DNA from: Eledone cirrhosa
Lineage: Eukaryota
Direction: 5' to 3'
Assembly: GCA_964016885.1 (NCBI GenBank)
Contig: OZ024740.1
Location: forward strand, 80,786,001-80,850,000
DNA length: 64,000 bases
A model generated the notes under the pieces. That model had not been told where the DNA came from and did not search any database. It saw nothing but the letters and a program-made list of their open reading frames with translations. Shown here in pieces: positions 1 through 12,500 of the stretch (positions are counted from its first letter, which is position 1; each line of letters starts with the position of its first letter). Position numbers and translations under genes: made by a program.

Positions 1-2279
1 TGGGCTCGTTTGGTTTGTGGTGAGGAATGCCGAAATGGTACCCGTCTTCTCCGTACGGAAAAAGAAGGGGATACTGCAGGGCGTCATATGAACGATGCGT
101 CTCATTAATACGTCGAAGACCACTGTCACGTCTTTGAAGAACTATGTCTCGCTTATTGTGCTGTCCACCGTGGAGAACTATGGCCACTTCATTGCACAAA
201 GGAGCGTTATATCGGCGTGCGTGCTCCCTAGAAGGTCTTTTGTCAGCATCGATGACAATGGTGAAGTTTGGTGAAGGGGCTGTTTCCAAGGCGTATTTGA
301 AACTGCGAATGTAGCTGTTGTGCTCATGAAGCATGTTTTGCAGACTGAGCAGCACGTCCCTGTCAAAATTGTCAGCGTCAGTGTTTGCAGGTGGTGGAAT
401 AACGCCGAAACGCACATCAATTTGCGTATTGTAGTTTGAAATGAAATAAATTTGAAGAAACGAAGGTTTAGAATTTTGTAGTGGCTGGAGTGACCCAATA
501 AGGTGGTACACCTGGCCCTGGACCTTGAAAGAAGGTATCCAACCAGTTTCTCTGACAACGTTAGCCCCGAAAGAAGTCATCTGAAATGCACAATTGTACT
601 TCCTGATGAGTTGAAGGAATTTTGATGAGCTTGAGGTCGAACCAGTAAGTAATTCCTTCAAAGGGTCTGGCAGCTCCCGAAGAGGGGGCAAGCTGACCTT
701 ACCGTTTAAGCAGCACATTGCAGGTGGTTCCCCAGCCCACTTTTTAGCATTGCAGAATTTGCAATTGAAGCACATTTCCCCAATAATTATGTCGGCGCGC
801 ATTGAGTAATTGAAGTTGGGCTCATACTTGAAAGCCCGTAGATGCCAGTAAGGGCTGTGTGGATTCGTCAGAACGCGAGTAGCCTCGCGCCGTCGACTGT
901 TCCGCTGGAATGTAGAACGTTGCTGGTCTGAGTCGTGGGAAGGTGTCGCATCAGTAGTAGAAGCGACGTTTGCAATGGTAATGGACCGGCCGTCTGCATC
1001 TTGAGAAGGCATGGAAGCAGTGAAAGCCGCCTCGTTCCTATGAAGGTGAGTGGTCGGTAGTTCTAAACGTTCCGAAAATCTTGAAACAGCAGTAACCGCA
1101 TCGTTTTTAGCCAGTCGAGTGGCCCTTTGTTGAGGGCCCTCTGAAGGAAGCCCTTGAATGAGCAGTAGCAGCGGCCTTTATAGCCATGCGATTCGACCTT
1201 GTTTCCGGACGCTCTGAAGCCCTGGAAGCAGCATCGTATGAAGCCGTTTTTGCTCGGCGTGCGTTGCACTGTTGGAAAGTTTCAGCAGCTCGTGATTCCG
1301 CTGAACGTAAGGCGCTCTGTGAAAGTCCGAAATTATTTTGTTCGGAGGACTCGTTTGCGGTAATCGCCTTTTGCGCGGCTGCTGCTGCCGTATGTCGGCC
1401 GAGGCGACTTCTCTTTTTCGGTGGCATTTTATGTGAAAAATAAAGGGTGAAAGTTACTTAAAGATAGAAATTGTAATGTGAATGAAATGTGGAAAAATTT
1501 TGACCGTGGAAGGAAAAGAAACAAATATTTGGAGTTGAAAGAGATTGTTTAGGTAAGTATAGCGACAGAGTGTGTAAAGTGTATTGAAACGTGAGTTGAA
1601 AGAAAGAAAATGAAGTGAGATTTGTAAGAAAGGAAGTTGTTTACGTACATGTGAAAATATTTGTGTAAAGTGTATAGAAACATAAATTGAAACAAATAAA
1701 ATGAACTGACATTTTTAAGAAAGGAATTTTTTTACGTACATGTTGCAAATGGCAAATGTTTGTGGTTATAAATCCCGCACGTTGTTTAATTGAAGTGAGT
1801 GTGTGTTTGTATGCGTTTGGAAATAAATCAGTAAGTTTGAATTCCCGCACGTTGTTTAATTGAAGTGAGTGTGTGTTTGTATGCGTTTCGAAATAAATCA
1901 GTAAGTTTGAAGTATAAAAGAGAAAGTAGCAAAATGTGTGGGTTGTAGATAGAGGAGGAGAGCAGATGATATGAGAGAGTAAAACGGACAGTATCACCAC
2001 CAAGCTTGGAAAGAGAAAGTATTAGAAAGTATGAAGTTGTATAGATTTTGAATGGTAGTGGAAAGAATTTAGCAGTTTAAATGACAGAGAAAAATCGTAA
2101 AATATTGAGTTTTATCTATTTTTTGCGTAATTATGGGAGAAATTGAAAAAAGGAGATGTGCCAAGACGCAATCGAAACTATTTCGAATACTGAATTGTAA
2201 ATTTCAATTGAAGAAATTCTATATCGTAGATTTCTATAAGAAAGGAGCATGACGACACACTGGGCTTTATAGATTATGA
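1..2279 (-). mobile_element. Helitron, 5' portion (Rep/helicase N-terminal region, disrupted); continues beyond window start
   Basis: Minus-strand translation begins MPPKKRSRLGRH at 1427, then gives CKFCNAKKWAGEPPAMCCLNGKVSLPPL, IRKYNCAFQMTSFGA, FKVQGQVYHLIGSL, PSFLQIYF, RYNAPLCNEVAIVL and INETHRSYDALQYPLLFPYGEDGYH, all typical of Helitron RepHel N-termini. Candidate 5' terminus A|TC at 2273 or 2279 (TCATAATCTATAAAG). Frameshifts are present. Confidence 0.92.
1773..1910. repeat. Tandem duplication of a ~70-bp unit in the Helitron 5' non-coding region
   Basis: TCCCGCACGTTGTTTAATTGAAGTGAGTGTGTGTTTGTATGCGTTT(G/C)GAAATAAATCAGTAAGTTTGAA occurs twice back to back. Confidence 0.9.
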
Positions 2280-2333
2280 TATACAAACGTTTATACCTCT
2301 TTACACAATGCGTCAAGTGAACTATAACCTCCT

Positions 2334-2398
<65 letters not shown>

Positions 2399-2401
<3 letters not shown>

Positions 2402-3006
2402 TGGCTGCCAACTCGTTTTCTAGTACGGCCACTACTTTACATCCATGTAGGAGAACTCCTACCGATCCGCTGAACGAATGTGACATTTTAGTCCAGCCAG
2501 CGACTTGAAAACTCTGGTACAAACACTACACTTGTGACAATTATTGACACAGTGCTGGGCCCATGGTACCATGTGACGACAAGTGCAGAGAGATCTCCAG
2601 ATATAAAGCAATGCCTGTGCCGTGAAGCTATTATAGTGAGCAAAGGCACTGCACAAAGCCAGTCCCACTCTCTTTATCAAGATGATATTTACCAAAAAGA
2701 AGAACAAGTCAACATCATTGGATACCATCAGAGTTGCAGGTGTTATATCAGAGTTTTCCTTCTCCTAGAATTCTGCCTTGACAAAGTCTAAGGGGTCATC
2801 TCTCCCGGTGATTTTGGATGGCCATTGACTCTTAAGAGCTCCTTTGCCCTTTGACAGGTTTTGTTTTTAGTCCTGCAGGATGTCCAAAGTCACCCTCCTC
2901 ACCAAGAAACCTTTGGTGGGGTTGCCAGTTTAGTCGCCAACGACCCGACCATGAGACAGGTTGTACTGGGATACATGTTACCAGTAGCACCAACTGGTGA
3001 CCTGAC

Positions 3007-3009
<3 letters not shown>
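2399..3009 (-). mobile_element. Short non-autonomous RTE-like retroelement (5'UTR-like segment fused to LINE 3' end) inserted in (TA)n
   Basis: Flanked by (TA)n on both sides. The minus-strand 3' part encodes CSVCTRVFKSLAGLKCHIR, a zinc-finger-like C-terminus as in RTE-clade ORFs. No RT domain is present. Confidence 0.55.
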
Positions 3010-3050
<41 letters not shown>

Positions 3051-4238
3051 AAAAAAGAAAATGTCGCTCCACATGGCTGAATACACTAAATGTAATCTGA
3101 GTTTTTCGAATATTAAAAATAACATTTGATTCGTTTGCAATTATGCAAATAAGCCCCAATTTTATAGCTATGTCAGTAGAATGAACACTTCATTCTTACT
3201 CTTGTGTTTGCATGTGAACAGAACTGCAGACTCTAATGTTTCTAGGTATCACCCTTCATCAGTACAGCTCACTGTTCACCTGCCAATCTGTCAGAGCTAG
3301 TGAAAATATACGCTATTTTCAAAAATACACATTGACTGATCGGCCTGATTTGCCTGATATGGCTATAAAATTGATCCCTTTTGTTACAAATATGGTTGAG
3401 ATATCTCAAACACTTCTATTAAAGGTCTGTATGAAAATAAATGAGCCGATCATCCGATCGTACCAAGAGAATTATATTTCTATTGTTTCTTCCAATACTA
3501 GTACGAGCTGTTGATGGGAACTCATGACAGAAACAGATCAACTTTGAACACAGTATCTCCCTCAATTTTGTAACTACAATTTCACCAATCACCAGCTCCT
3601 GGACTTTATTTATACTATGCTATAAAAGGCAAATTTGATTTCGACAGGACGAATAAGTTCGACACACTAATGTCCCTTCTAATTCGGAGATAGCTTAATT
3701 CCTAACCTAAAACATGTAATTTAAAGTGACGTTTAGTTCTGACATTATATGAAATTCAATAAAGAGGATTTTCTAGACATAAATGGCTCCATGTAACTCG
3801 TATTGATCCAGTCGAGTAGAATATTAAAAGATTTCCCACTGGTTATGGAGCAGAAACATTGTGTTGGTATATATTTTTGCGGGGATAGAATCTAACAATA
3901 CATTAGGGAAATTGATGCTATGAATGGTTATAGCTTGTGCAATAACTGAGATAACTAAGAATTAAAGGTGACTTATACATATATACGTATGTGTGTGTGT
4001 AGACAGAGTTATGAACACACATATATATATACACACACACTAAGACACGTACAAGCATATGTGTGTGTGTGTGCGTGCACTATTTACATAAGAATATAAG
4101 GCTGCTCTCATAAAGAATACTGTATACAAAATTGTTAGAGCATAATCGTACAACAAATCGCATTTTACGGTAAATACTGGTGACATAAAAATATTGAATA
4201 GGCATAGGAAATATATAAAAGAGACTTTACAAACATAT

Positions 4239-4320
<82 letters not shown>

Positions 4321-4321
4321 G

Positions 4322-4383
<62 letters not shown>

Positions 4384-4783
4384 GTTTTAGTGAGTTGTAC
4401 TAATCATTCATTATAGCTATTGCTTTACATGTCACCTATAAAACACACGTATACTGAGTCACGCGAAAGAACATGTACACACGCATATAAACACACACTA
4501 ACACATATATATGTGTGAAATAGCGGGAGTCTGCGAAACTCAGATTAGAAACGTAGTTTAATCTCAGTAATATAATGTAATATAATATAATACTATATAT
4601 ATATAAATTTAGAATATGTAGGTTCCAGTGTCTTGTCGGGGGTCAACCACATTAAAAAAAACTTTACTCAACATGTTGATAGAGTGTAGGCGTCTTTATT
4701 ATGTATAGAAATGACTACAACAAGAACTATTTTGTTCGTATGATTTCATACCAATGTTACACAGGTTTAGTCATGTAGATATC

Positions 4784-4819
<36 letters not shown>

Positions 4820-4827
<8 letters not shown>

Positions 4828-5260
4828 AAATAGTAGAAAGGAAATAGATTTTAGATTTTAGTGAAATTTCAGAGCATTAATATATTTACAATACCCGTTT
4901 CAGCATTAAATACATTGTCAATTGCGGATATACAGAATATTTGTAAGTTGCATATTTGTACAAAGAGTGAAAATAATGATAACAAAAAAATATAGAGGAA
5001 GAAAATTAATTTTCACATACATGATCCTTCAGAGAAGAAAGTAAAATTTTCTTCCCCCCTCTCTCTATATATTTCTTTTTGTTATCATTATTTTCACCAT
5101 TTGTACAAATATGCAACTTAACAATATCCTCCATATACGCAATTGACAATGCATTTAATGCTGAAACCGGTATTGTTAATAAATTAATGCTTTGAAATTT
5201 CGCTAAAAATATCTCTTCAAGATTTTCTTTTTCCTTTCTACTATTTGTTTTTATATATAT
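4820..5260. repeat. Fold-back element (~170-190 bp diverged inverted arms) with a degenerate hammerhead motif in each arm
   Basis: About 4820-4990 is the reverse complement of about 5073-5260. The right arm has CAA-TTGACAA-TGCATTTAATGCT-GAAA-CCGG-TA-TTG (~5140-5177). (TA)n lies on both sides. Confidence 0.75.
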
Positions 5261-5288
5261 CAACTCGTGCGTTACCTTTCTACATTCG

Positions 5289-5350
<62 letters not shown>

Positions 5351-5355
<5 letters not shown>

Positions 5356-6176
5356 GAAAGAAGGTTTACATGGTTTGCTATACAAAAAAGTTTTTAATCA
5401 CATAGCTTACATTTGTTTCACTGAACTGGTATGTCTAGAGATCGCTATCCGCCTAATTTTGCGTCACTCGATCGCCAATACAGAATTATAACCAGTCAGA
5501 TCTTCGGAGCATGCGAGAATGAAGAAAATACACAGGCAAGCAAAGAAAAGAAAATATGGAGTAGTTATGGCATTCAATTAGAACAGTAACAACAATTACA
5601 ACAATGCTATCAATAAACTATTTAAGGAGACCCTGACATTACTTAGGTGGGGGGTATATAATGTATCTAATGTTACGGCGTGAAAACCAGCTGTCATAAG
5701 GCAAAATGTATCGTAGTATGTATCAATTTTAAATTATAAAGATAAGCTAGTTTTTACAGTCTTAAGACTGTAAAAACTAGCTTATCTTTATAATTTAAAA
5801 TTGATACATACTACGATACATTTTGCCTTATGACAGCTGGTTTTCACGCCGTAACATTAGATACATTATATACCCCCCACCTAAGTAATGTCAGGGTCTC
5901 CTTAAATAGTTTATTGATAGCATTGTTGTAATTGTTGTTACTGTTCTAATTGAATGCCATAACTACTCCATATTTTCTTTTCTTTGCTTGCCTGTGTATT
6001 TTCTTCATTCTCGCATGCTCCGAAGATCTGACTGGTTATAATTCTGTATTGGCGATCGAGTGACGCAAAATTAGGCGGATAGCGATCTCTAGACATACCA
6101 GTTCAGTGAAACAAATGTAAGCTATGTGATTAAAAACTTTTTTGTATAGCAAACCATGTAAACCTTCTTTCCTGAT
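5351..6176. repeat. 826-bp spacerless palindrome
   Basis: Starts ATCAGGAAAG at 5351, has its centre at CTTAAG 5761-5766 and ends CTTTCCTGAT at 6176. I saw no mismatches between the arms. Confidence 0.95.
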
Positions 6177-6348
6177 TTATTATTACTCCAAGTGTTTACA
6201 ACATAGGAATTACAGCATACCCGCGGCATCACTATGAAAACGCCTTGTTGAGTCAAACCAAGCCAAGCGTTAATATCATCCACTACCTGGAATACCATAA
6301 CTGGACTTCACCTAAGTGGACTGCATTTAACTATTATTTGTTAATCCG

Positions 6349-6377
<29 letters not shown>

Positions 6378-6381
<4 letters not shown>

Positions 6382-7415
6382 CTCCTGCCTTCTCTTCCTC
6401 CTGGACATCACCTCTCTCTATACCGTCATCCCTCATGATGTCGGCCTCCGCCATCTCCAACATTTTTTAGATGTATACCCCACCCCTTACCCTAGGACTC
6501 CCACTCTTCTTCGTCTGGCTGAGCTTGTTCTCACCCTGAATGGATTATCTTTTTCGGGTGAATTTTATCAACATGTCTCTAGGGTAGCAATGTGAACGAG
6601 TATGGTTCCAAACTATGCCAACTTGTTTGTTGGCTACGTTGTAATTCAGATCTTCTACCAGTACGCTGGACCGACTCCTGAGCTATACGGTCGTTATATC
6701 GACGACTGTATCAGCGCCACCTCTCTATCACGAGAACAGCTCGACTGTTTTCTTTCTTTTGTCCAATCTTTCCACCCTGCTCTCAATTTCACCGCCTCCG
6801 TCTCCGATTCTTCCGTCGCTTTTCTAGACATCTCTCTATCTTTTAATCACACTCACCACACCCTCTCTACTTCCATCTTCATTAAACCAACAGACTCCCA
6901 ATCTTACCTCCTCCCATCCAACGCCCACCAAACACTCCATACCCTATTCCCAATTCCTCTGTCTTCGTTGACTCTGTAGCCAAGACGACGATTTTGAAAC
7001 CCATTCCCCTCGCATGGCTTCCTGATTCATCCAGCGTAGATATCCCCCACCCTGATCCAAGCTGCTGTCACCCGCGCCCGTGAAACAGACCGCACCACAG
7101 CCGTCTCACATCACCCCCGCCCTCTCACATCACCCCCGCCCTCCCAAAACCCGTGTTCCTTTTCCTCTCACCTACCACCCCACCACCCTACCACTCTGGC
7201 GACATATCCTCCGTTCTTTCCGTATCCTCTCTTCTGACCCCGTCACTTCTCGCTTTTTTCCAAACCCACCCATTACTGCTTCTAAGCGTGCCCGCAACCT
7301 CCGCAACATCCTGATTCGCAGTTCCTTTTCGTCCTCTCCCACGACTCCACCCGGCTCTCATCCCGGTTCCCGTTCCCGCTACAACACTTGTCCCTTTATT
7401 TCCACCCTCACCAGT
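6378..7415 (+). mobile_element. Penelope-like element (Neptune-type) fragment: RT core, thumb and linker; degenerate
   Basis: LDITSLYTVIPH, LLRLAELVLTLN.SFSGEFYQH..VAM*TSMVPNYANLFVGY, YGRYIDDC, VAFLDIS, KPTDSQSYL and RARNLRNILIRS, with stops and frameshifts. Starts directly after (TA)n. Confidence 0.9.
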
Positions 7416-7557
7416 GTATTACCAAATACACTATATATACATTCATATATACATCGCTATTTCAGAGCACCAATTCTAATTATTTTTATATATATACAGT
7501 ATATATATATATGTCAAGGTGATACGAAACGAACGAGCAAGAAGGTGCAATAAATTA

Positions 7558-7718
7558 ATTGTTTCTACTTTTTTTTTGGCACAAGGCCAGCAAATTACCC
7601 AGTGCATTACTGGTACTTTATTTTATCGACCCCGTAAGGATGAAAGGCAAAGTTAATCTCGGCGGGATTTGAACTCAGAATGGCAAGGGCCGTAACTCTA
7701 TGCGTCAAAGCATGGCGA
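7558..7718 (-). mobile_element. tRNA-derived SINE (octopus OK-like family)
   Basis: Reverse complement of CTGAGTTCAAATCCCGCCGAG..TTTGCCTTTCATCCTTACGGGGTCGATAAAATAAAGTACCAGT, which contains a B-box-like GAGTTCAAATC. Many copies occur in the window. Confidence 0.85.
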
Positions 7719-7721
7719 CCG

Positions 7722-7970
7722 ACCCTCTTAGTCAACGTATCGGGCATTTTCCACTCATCAGGAATGAGACCAAAGGAAGATAGTGAAGAAAAAGCGTTAA
7801 GGGAAAGAAAACTGCAAACTATCAGAGGTGGTAGCAAGTGGAAGTCACACAAACAAGTGACGTGTGCAAAGGGAAGAGGGAAATTGAAAGGCAATACGAA
7901 GAAAGGGTGAAGAAAGAAGATGGGGAGAGAGATCAACGGACGAATGTAGGGACAGGTCAAGGACACGAGC
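7722..7970 (-). mobile_element. Penelope-type pLTR remnant with degenerate hammerhead
   Basis: Minus strand has a pyrimidine-rich tract followed by CTGATGAGTGGAAAATGCCCGATACGTTGAC (7731-7765), with GATA in place of GAAA. Confidence 0.5.
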
Positions 7971-8125
7971 TTATATATTGAAACATATCTGAGATCTTTC
8001 GATTCTAGAATCAGGTTCGATCATTAATAGACCTTTCCTCGAGCTGATCGACAGTGAAACATATGTAGTATATTATTAAATACGTTATGATGCAACATTG
8101 ATTCTTTGTTCCTTTATTTTTATAC

Positions 8126-8200
<75 letters not shown>

Positions 8201-8208
<8 letters not shown>

Positions 8209-8975
8209 CGTAAAATAAGAAAATTTAAAAAAAAATTTTAAAAAATTAACCTACTTAAATTTTCACTCCAACTAATTAGTTTTTGCAATGGGATAAAGAC
8301 AGTTACGTAATGAACTGTTGAGAATTTCATTGCGTCATCAGGGAGGTCTATTCTCAGCCAAGTCTCCAGGCAATGCACGGACACTGGGGACTCATATAAA
8401 AATAATAATAATTCGGTAAATGGAACAGCTATCGGGGACTGGATTCCAAGCACTGAAAATTCTCGCTGCCACTGGTCAAATTGCCGATTCTAAAGAATCA
8501 ATCACGTGACACTGTGGCTAGTCGGTAGGAATGGGATGGTAAGATGACAGACGCCTACTAACACCCCCCAAAAAATTTAGTAGTGGTTTTGGCAGGTTTG
8601 CTCGACAAATCAGTGATTTGGAGATAAATATAGATAATTTAATATATCTACTAACATAAGCGCACAGATGTACGCTAATGCCAGCAAATACACAGGTTAT
8701 GTCATAGTACCTAGGTGGTTCAATGCAGGAGGATGCAGAACAATAATATAAAAGACGTAAAATAAGAAAATTTAAAAAAAAATTTGAAAAAATTAACTTA
8801 CTTACTTAAATTTTCACTCCAACAAATTAGTTTCTGCAATGGGATAAAGACAGTTACGTAATGAACTGTTGAGAATTTCATTGCGTCATCAGGGAGGTCT
8901 ATTCTCAGCCAAGTCTCCAGGCAATGCGCGGACACTGGGGACTCATATAAAAATAATAATAATTCGGTAAATAAT
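8201..8975 (-). repeat. Partial tandem repeat (~547-bp period, ~220-bp direct repeats), probable non-autonomous PLE/pLTR derivative
   Basis: 8201-8421 is repeated at about 8748-8972 and abuts (TA)n. Each copy has CTGATGACGCAATGAAA on the minus strand. Confidence 0.8.
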
Positions 8976-9029
8976 AATAATTCGGTATATATATTTATTA
9001 ATTCGGTAAATAATAATAATTCGGTATAT

Positions 9030-11450
9030 ATATTTATTAAAATAACAGATTAAAGTTTAAGCAAAGAATCGCTGCTTTCACCCTTAACGGGATCTTCTGA
9101 AACTAACAAAGTCAATCTGTAAACGCAGAAGTGGATATTTCAAAAAACGTTGCAACCGGAGGAAGACAGGAAGACGATACTTTGGTTCGTGGAAACGTTC
9201 GCTATGCAAATAAGTAATGGTATAAACAAAACATAAACTTACCTCCCACATCAAGACGTAAAATATCCACGTATAGATCGTACTATCCGTTAGGGTATAA
9301 CGTGGGGCTGTAATACAGGAAAGTTTTGTGCAATTTATGTTTACAAGCCCAAATTGCCTCAGATTTTTTGTTTAAGATGTGGTCTGTGGCGTAGAGTATT
9401 TCCAGGGTCTCAGCGGCGCAGAGGTCACATGGTCTTTTATTTCCGTTATACGATCTAGCCCTAGCTAGGATCTCCCAGTGTAACTTATATTGGGTGTGGT
9501 TGTCTTTTACACTCCAGATATAAGCTGAAAGTGACGTCATATTCCTTCTTAGAGGGTAACAAAAAGAATGGGTATGCGTGTAAAGACGCTGCTTGAATCT
9601 ATTGGCGGTTAACCCCATGTAGGCCCTACGGGACGTGGGTGTTACAACCTTACATTTGTAGACAATGTTACTAGAGAGGCATTTCCTGGAAAGGGGGCAA
9701 TCAACCCGATTCCTACAATTACAGTTAGTACTAACTACCGGATTGCACGTGTTCCTACTGCTAGGTAGTTTAGCTAAATTTGAAGCTGTGGTTAGGAGTC
9801 GTAGAGTAAGACATTCTAATAGTATTTCTATTAAAAATGTTACTATATTTATGTGTAGGGGGAAAATGCTTCGTAATAAGGGAAAGAAAGATCTTAGCTA
9901 ATGGTGTGGCCACCTCCATATTATATGGTGGGTTATACCAACAAATGCTGCCGGATCAATTTCTTCTAGGTCTATTTTCGTACTCTGTATATGCTACCCT
10001 ATCGACAAATCCACTTCGAGCAAGAGCTTCATTGTAATAAGTGGAATGGTCGTTGAAAATACGCTCGTTGGTAGAAAGACGTTAAAGCCTCAACGAAACG
10101 TTTCTTACCAGGTTCTTGGTTATGCTGGCAGGATGGTTGGATGTTTACTTATGTAATTAAGCGTATCATTCGGCTTTCTATACGGGTAATACAACCCATT
10201 CAATAAATTGAGGGTAACGTCAAGGTAAGTAACGACCGAGAGATTGGCCTCAACCTGTATAGAGAGGTTGAAACCTTTAAAGAAGGCTGTGAGTTCTTTT
10301 CTGAACCTGTCGCAAGCACGAGGTCCGCACTTAGTCATGGTCAAAAGACCATCGTCACGGTACAAACCACCGCCCACGTTGGGGAATTCGTCCTTGATAG
10401 AGAAAAGAAGGAAAAGGCCGATAAGATCAGTAACCTCCGCAGAATCACTGGCGCCCATACTCACGTCGAATGGGGTACTATTGGATTTGTTAATCCAAAT
10501 AGAGTCGTCGAAATTAATCACCGACTTTCGGGCATTGAGGATGACATCAACTTCGAAATCCTTAACCACTGTGAGTGTTTTAGCGAAATTGATAGCTCTA
10601 AGGAGAGGTGGTAAAGTGATGGAGGAGTAGTAATTGTTGATGTCGAATTGGATAAAACGGCAATGTTCCATGTTACATTTGCCTTTGAACCAATCAATCA
10701 CCGCGAAAGAATTGTTCCACAGTGCAAGAGGGCCAAATTTCTAATTTCAGGTATAATTCTATCAAGAATCGTTTTACTAGGTCTACCTAAATCGGACTTC
10801 GTAGGGTTAATAAGCCGAATAGAGGGGTTGTTCGGAAAATTGGATTAGTGATCCTTCAGGGTAAAGTGGGGAGAAATAGGGTCCAGAGGTAATATCTGGA
10901 GTCTAAAAGACAACCACACCCAGTACAAGTTACACTGGGAGATCCTAGCTAGGGCTAGATCGTATAACGGAAATAAAAGACCATGTAAACTCTGCGCCGC
11001 TGAGACCCTGGAAATACTCTACGCCACAGACCACATCTTAAACAAAAAATCTGAGGCAATTTGGGCTTGTAAACATAAATTGCACAAAGCTTTCCTGTAT
11101 TACAGCCCCACGTTATACCCTAACGGATAGTACGATCTATACGTGGATATTTTACGTCTTGATGTGGGAGGTAAGTTTATGTTTTGTTTATACCATTACT
11201 TATTTGCATAGCGAACGTTTCCACGAACCAAAGTATCGTCTTCCTGTCTTCCTCCGGTTGCAACGTTTTTTGAAATATCCACTTCTGCGTTTACAGATTG
11301 ACTTTGTTAGTTTCAGAAGATCCCGTTAGGGTGAAAGCAGAGATTCTTTGCTTAAAATTTAATCTGTTATTTTAATAAATATTTGCTCTACGGTTCTTAT
11401 ATATTTGATATATATTTATCCTTATCGAGCCCTCTTTAATTTTGTATTGT

Positions 11451-11453
<3 letters not shown>
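9030..11453 (-). mobile_element. Penelope-like element of the Naiad/Chlamys type, 5'-truncated, with inverted 3' copy (inverted pLTR)
   Basis: RT motifs FIQFDINNYYSSI, FDVSMGASDSAEVTDLIGLFLL, GGLYRDDGL and YLDVTLNL. GIY-YIG region CPLSRKCL..VY..YMGLTANRFKQR..TSLSAYIW..CDLC..LNKKSE..CKH. 9030-9521 is inverted at 10892-11382. Ends at (TA)n. Confidence 0.88.
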
Positions 11454-11492
<39 letters not shown>

Positions 11493-11990
11493 GGAAATTT
11501 AGTAAAATCGAATCTCTGGCGGTTTGCAAGCAAATTCGGCCTACTTATATGAAATGATGAGTTAGCAAAGCCCTCGATAAGGTAGGTCCGTAGAGTAATA
11601 GCATACGTTTAAATAGCTTGACAAATCGAACATTGTGGTAGGCAAAATCTAACACACAATAATATACCAAATAACGATAGAACTAACAGGTTGAGAAAAA
11701 TACACCTGGACAAATCAAACGATTTTACGTTTAAAGTATTTCTTTGAATCCGAAATCAAATATCAGACTTACGTGACTGGCAAGCTCGTGGTATTCATGA
11801 TCGAACGGAGGATTCAGTTTTTCAACAGGTTTTCGTTCTACTCAGAACAGGGGTGATAGGCTAAATGTTGCTGCTAGATGCACCGTATCGTATCTATAGC
11901 TGTCACGTGTTAATTCTAGCAAGGGAAATAACCCCCGGTTTTTAGCGAGTCATTCAAAATGTTAGACAAAGGAAATAATGATAAGCTCTC

Positions 11991-12052
<62 letters not shown>

Positions 12053-12065
12053 GCATGTATGTGCG

Positions 12066-12104
<39 letters not shown>

Positions 12105-12370
12105 TAATAAAAGGACGATTTGTTATGTCTTCATTACGTTACACTCCCTCTATATATATACGCATACATCTAGCTTTCGCCTCTTGCGGCTTATACAAAG
12201 TGTTTGCATAAACCTCATCTGTGAAGACACGTTCAATCCTTATATCTATAATATATTTACCATTTATCCACGCACACATACATACACACACACGCACGCA
12301 CACACACACAGACACAGACGCACGTACACACACACACACACACACACACTAACACACACACACACACTAA

Positions 12371-12492
<122 letters not shown>

Positions 12493-12500
12493 TATATATA

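Noticed and set aside
9283-10890. Selenoprotein (UGA-recoding) Naiad
   Set aside because: The Cys positions I translated use ordinary Cys codons, and the lesions seen are a TAA and frameshifts. I recognised no SECIS.
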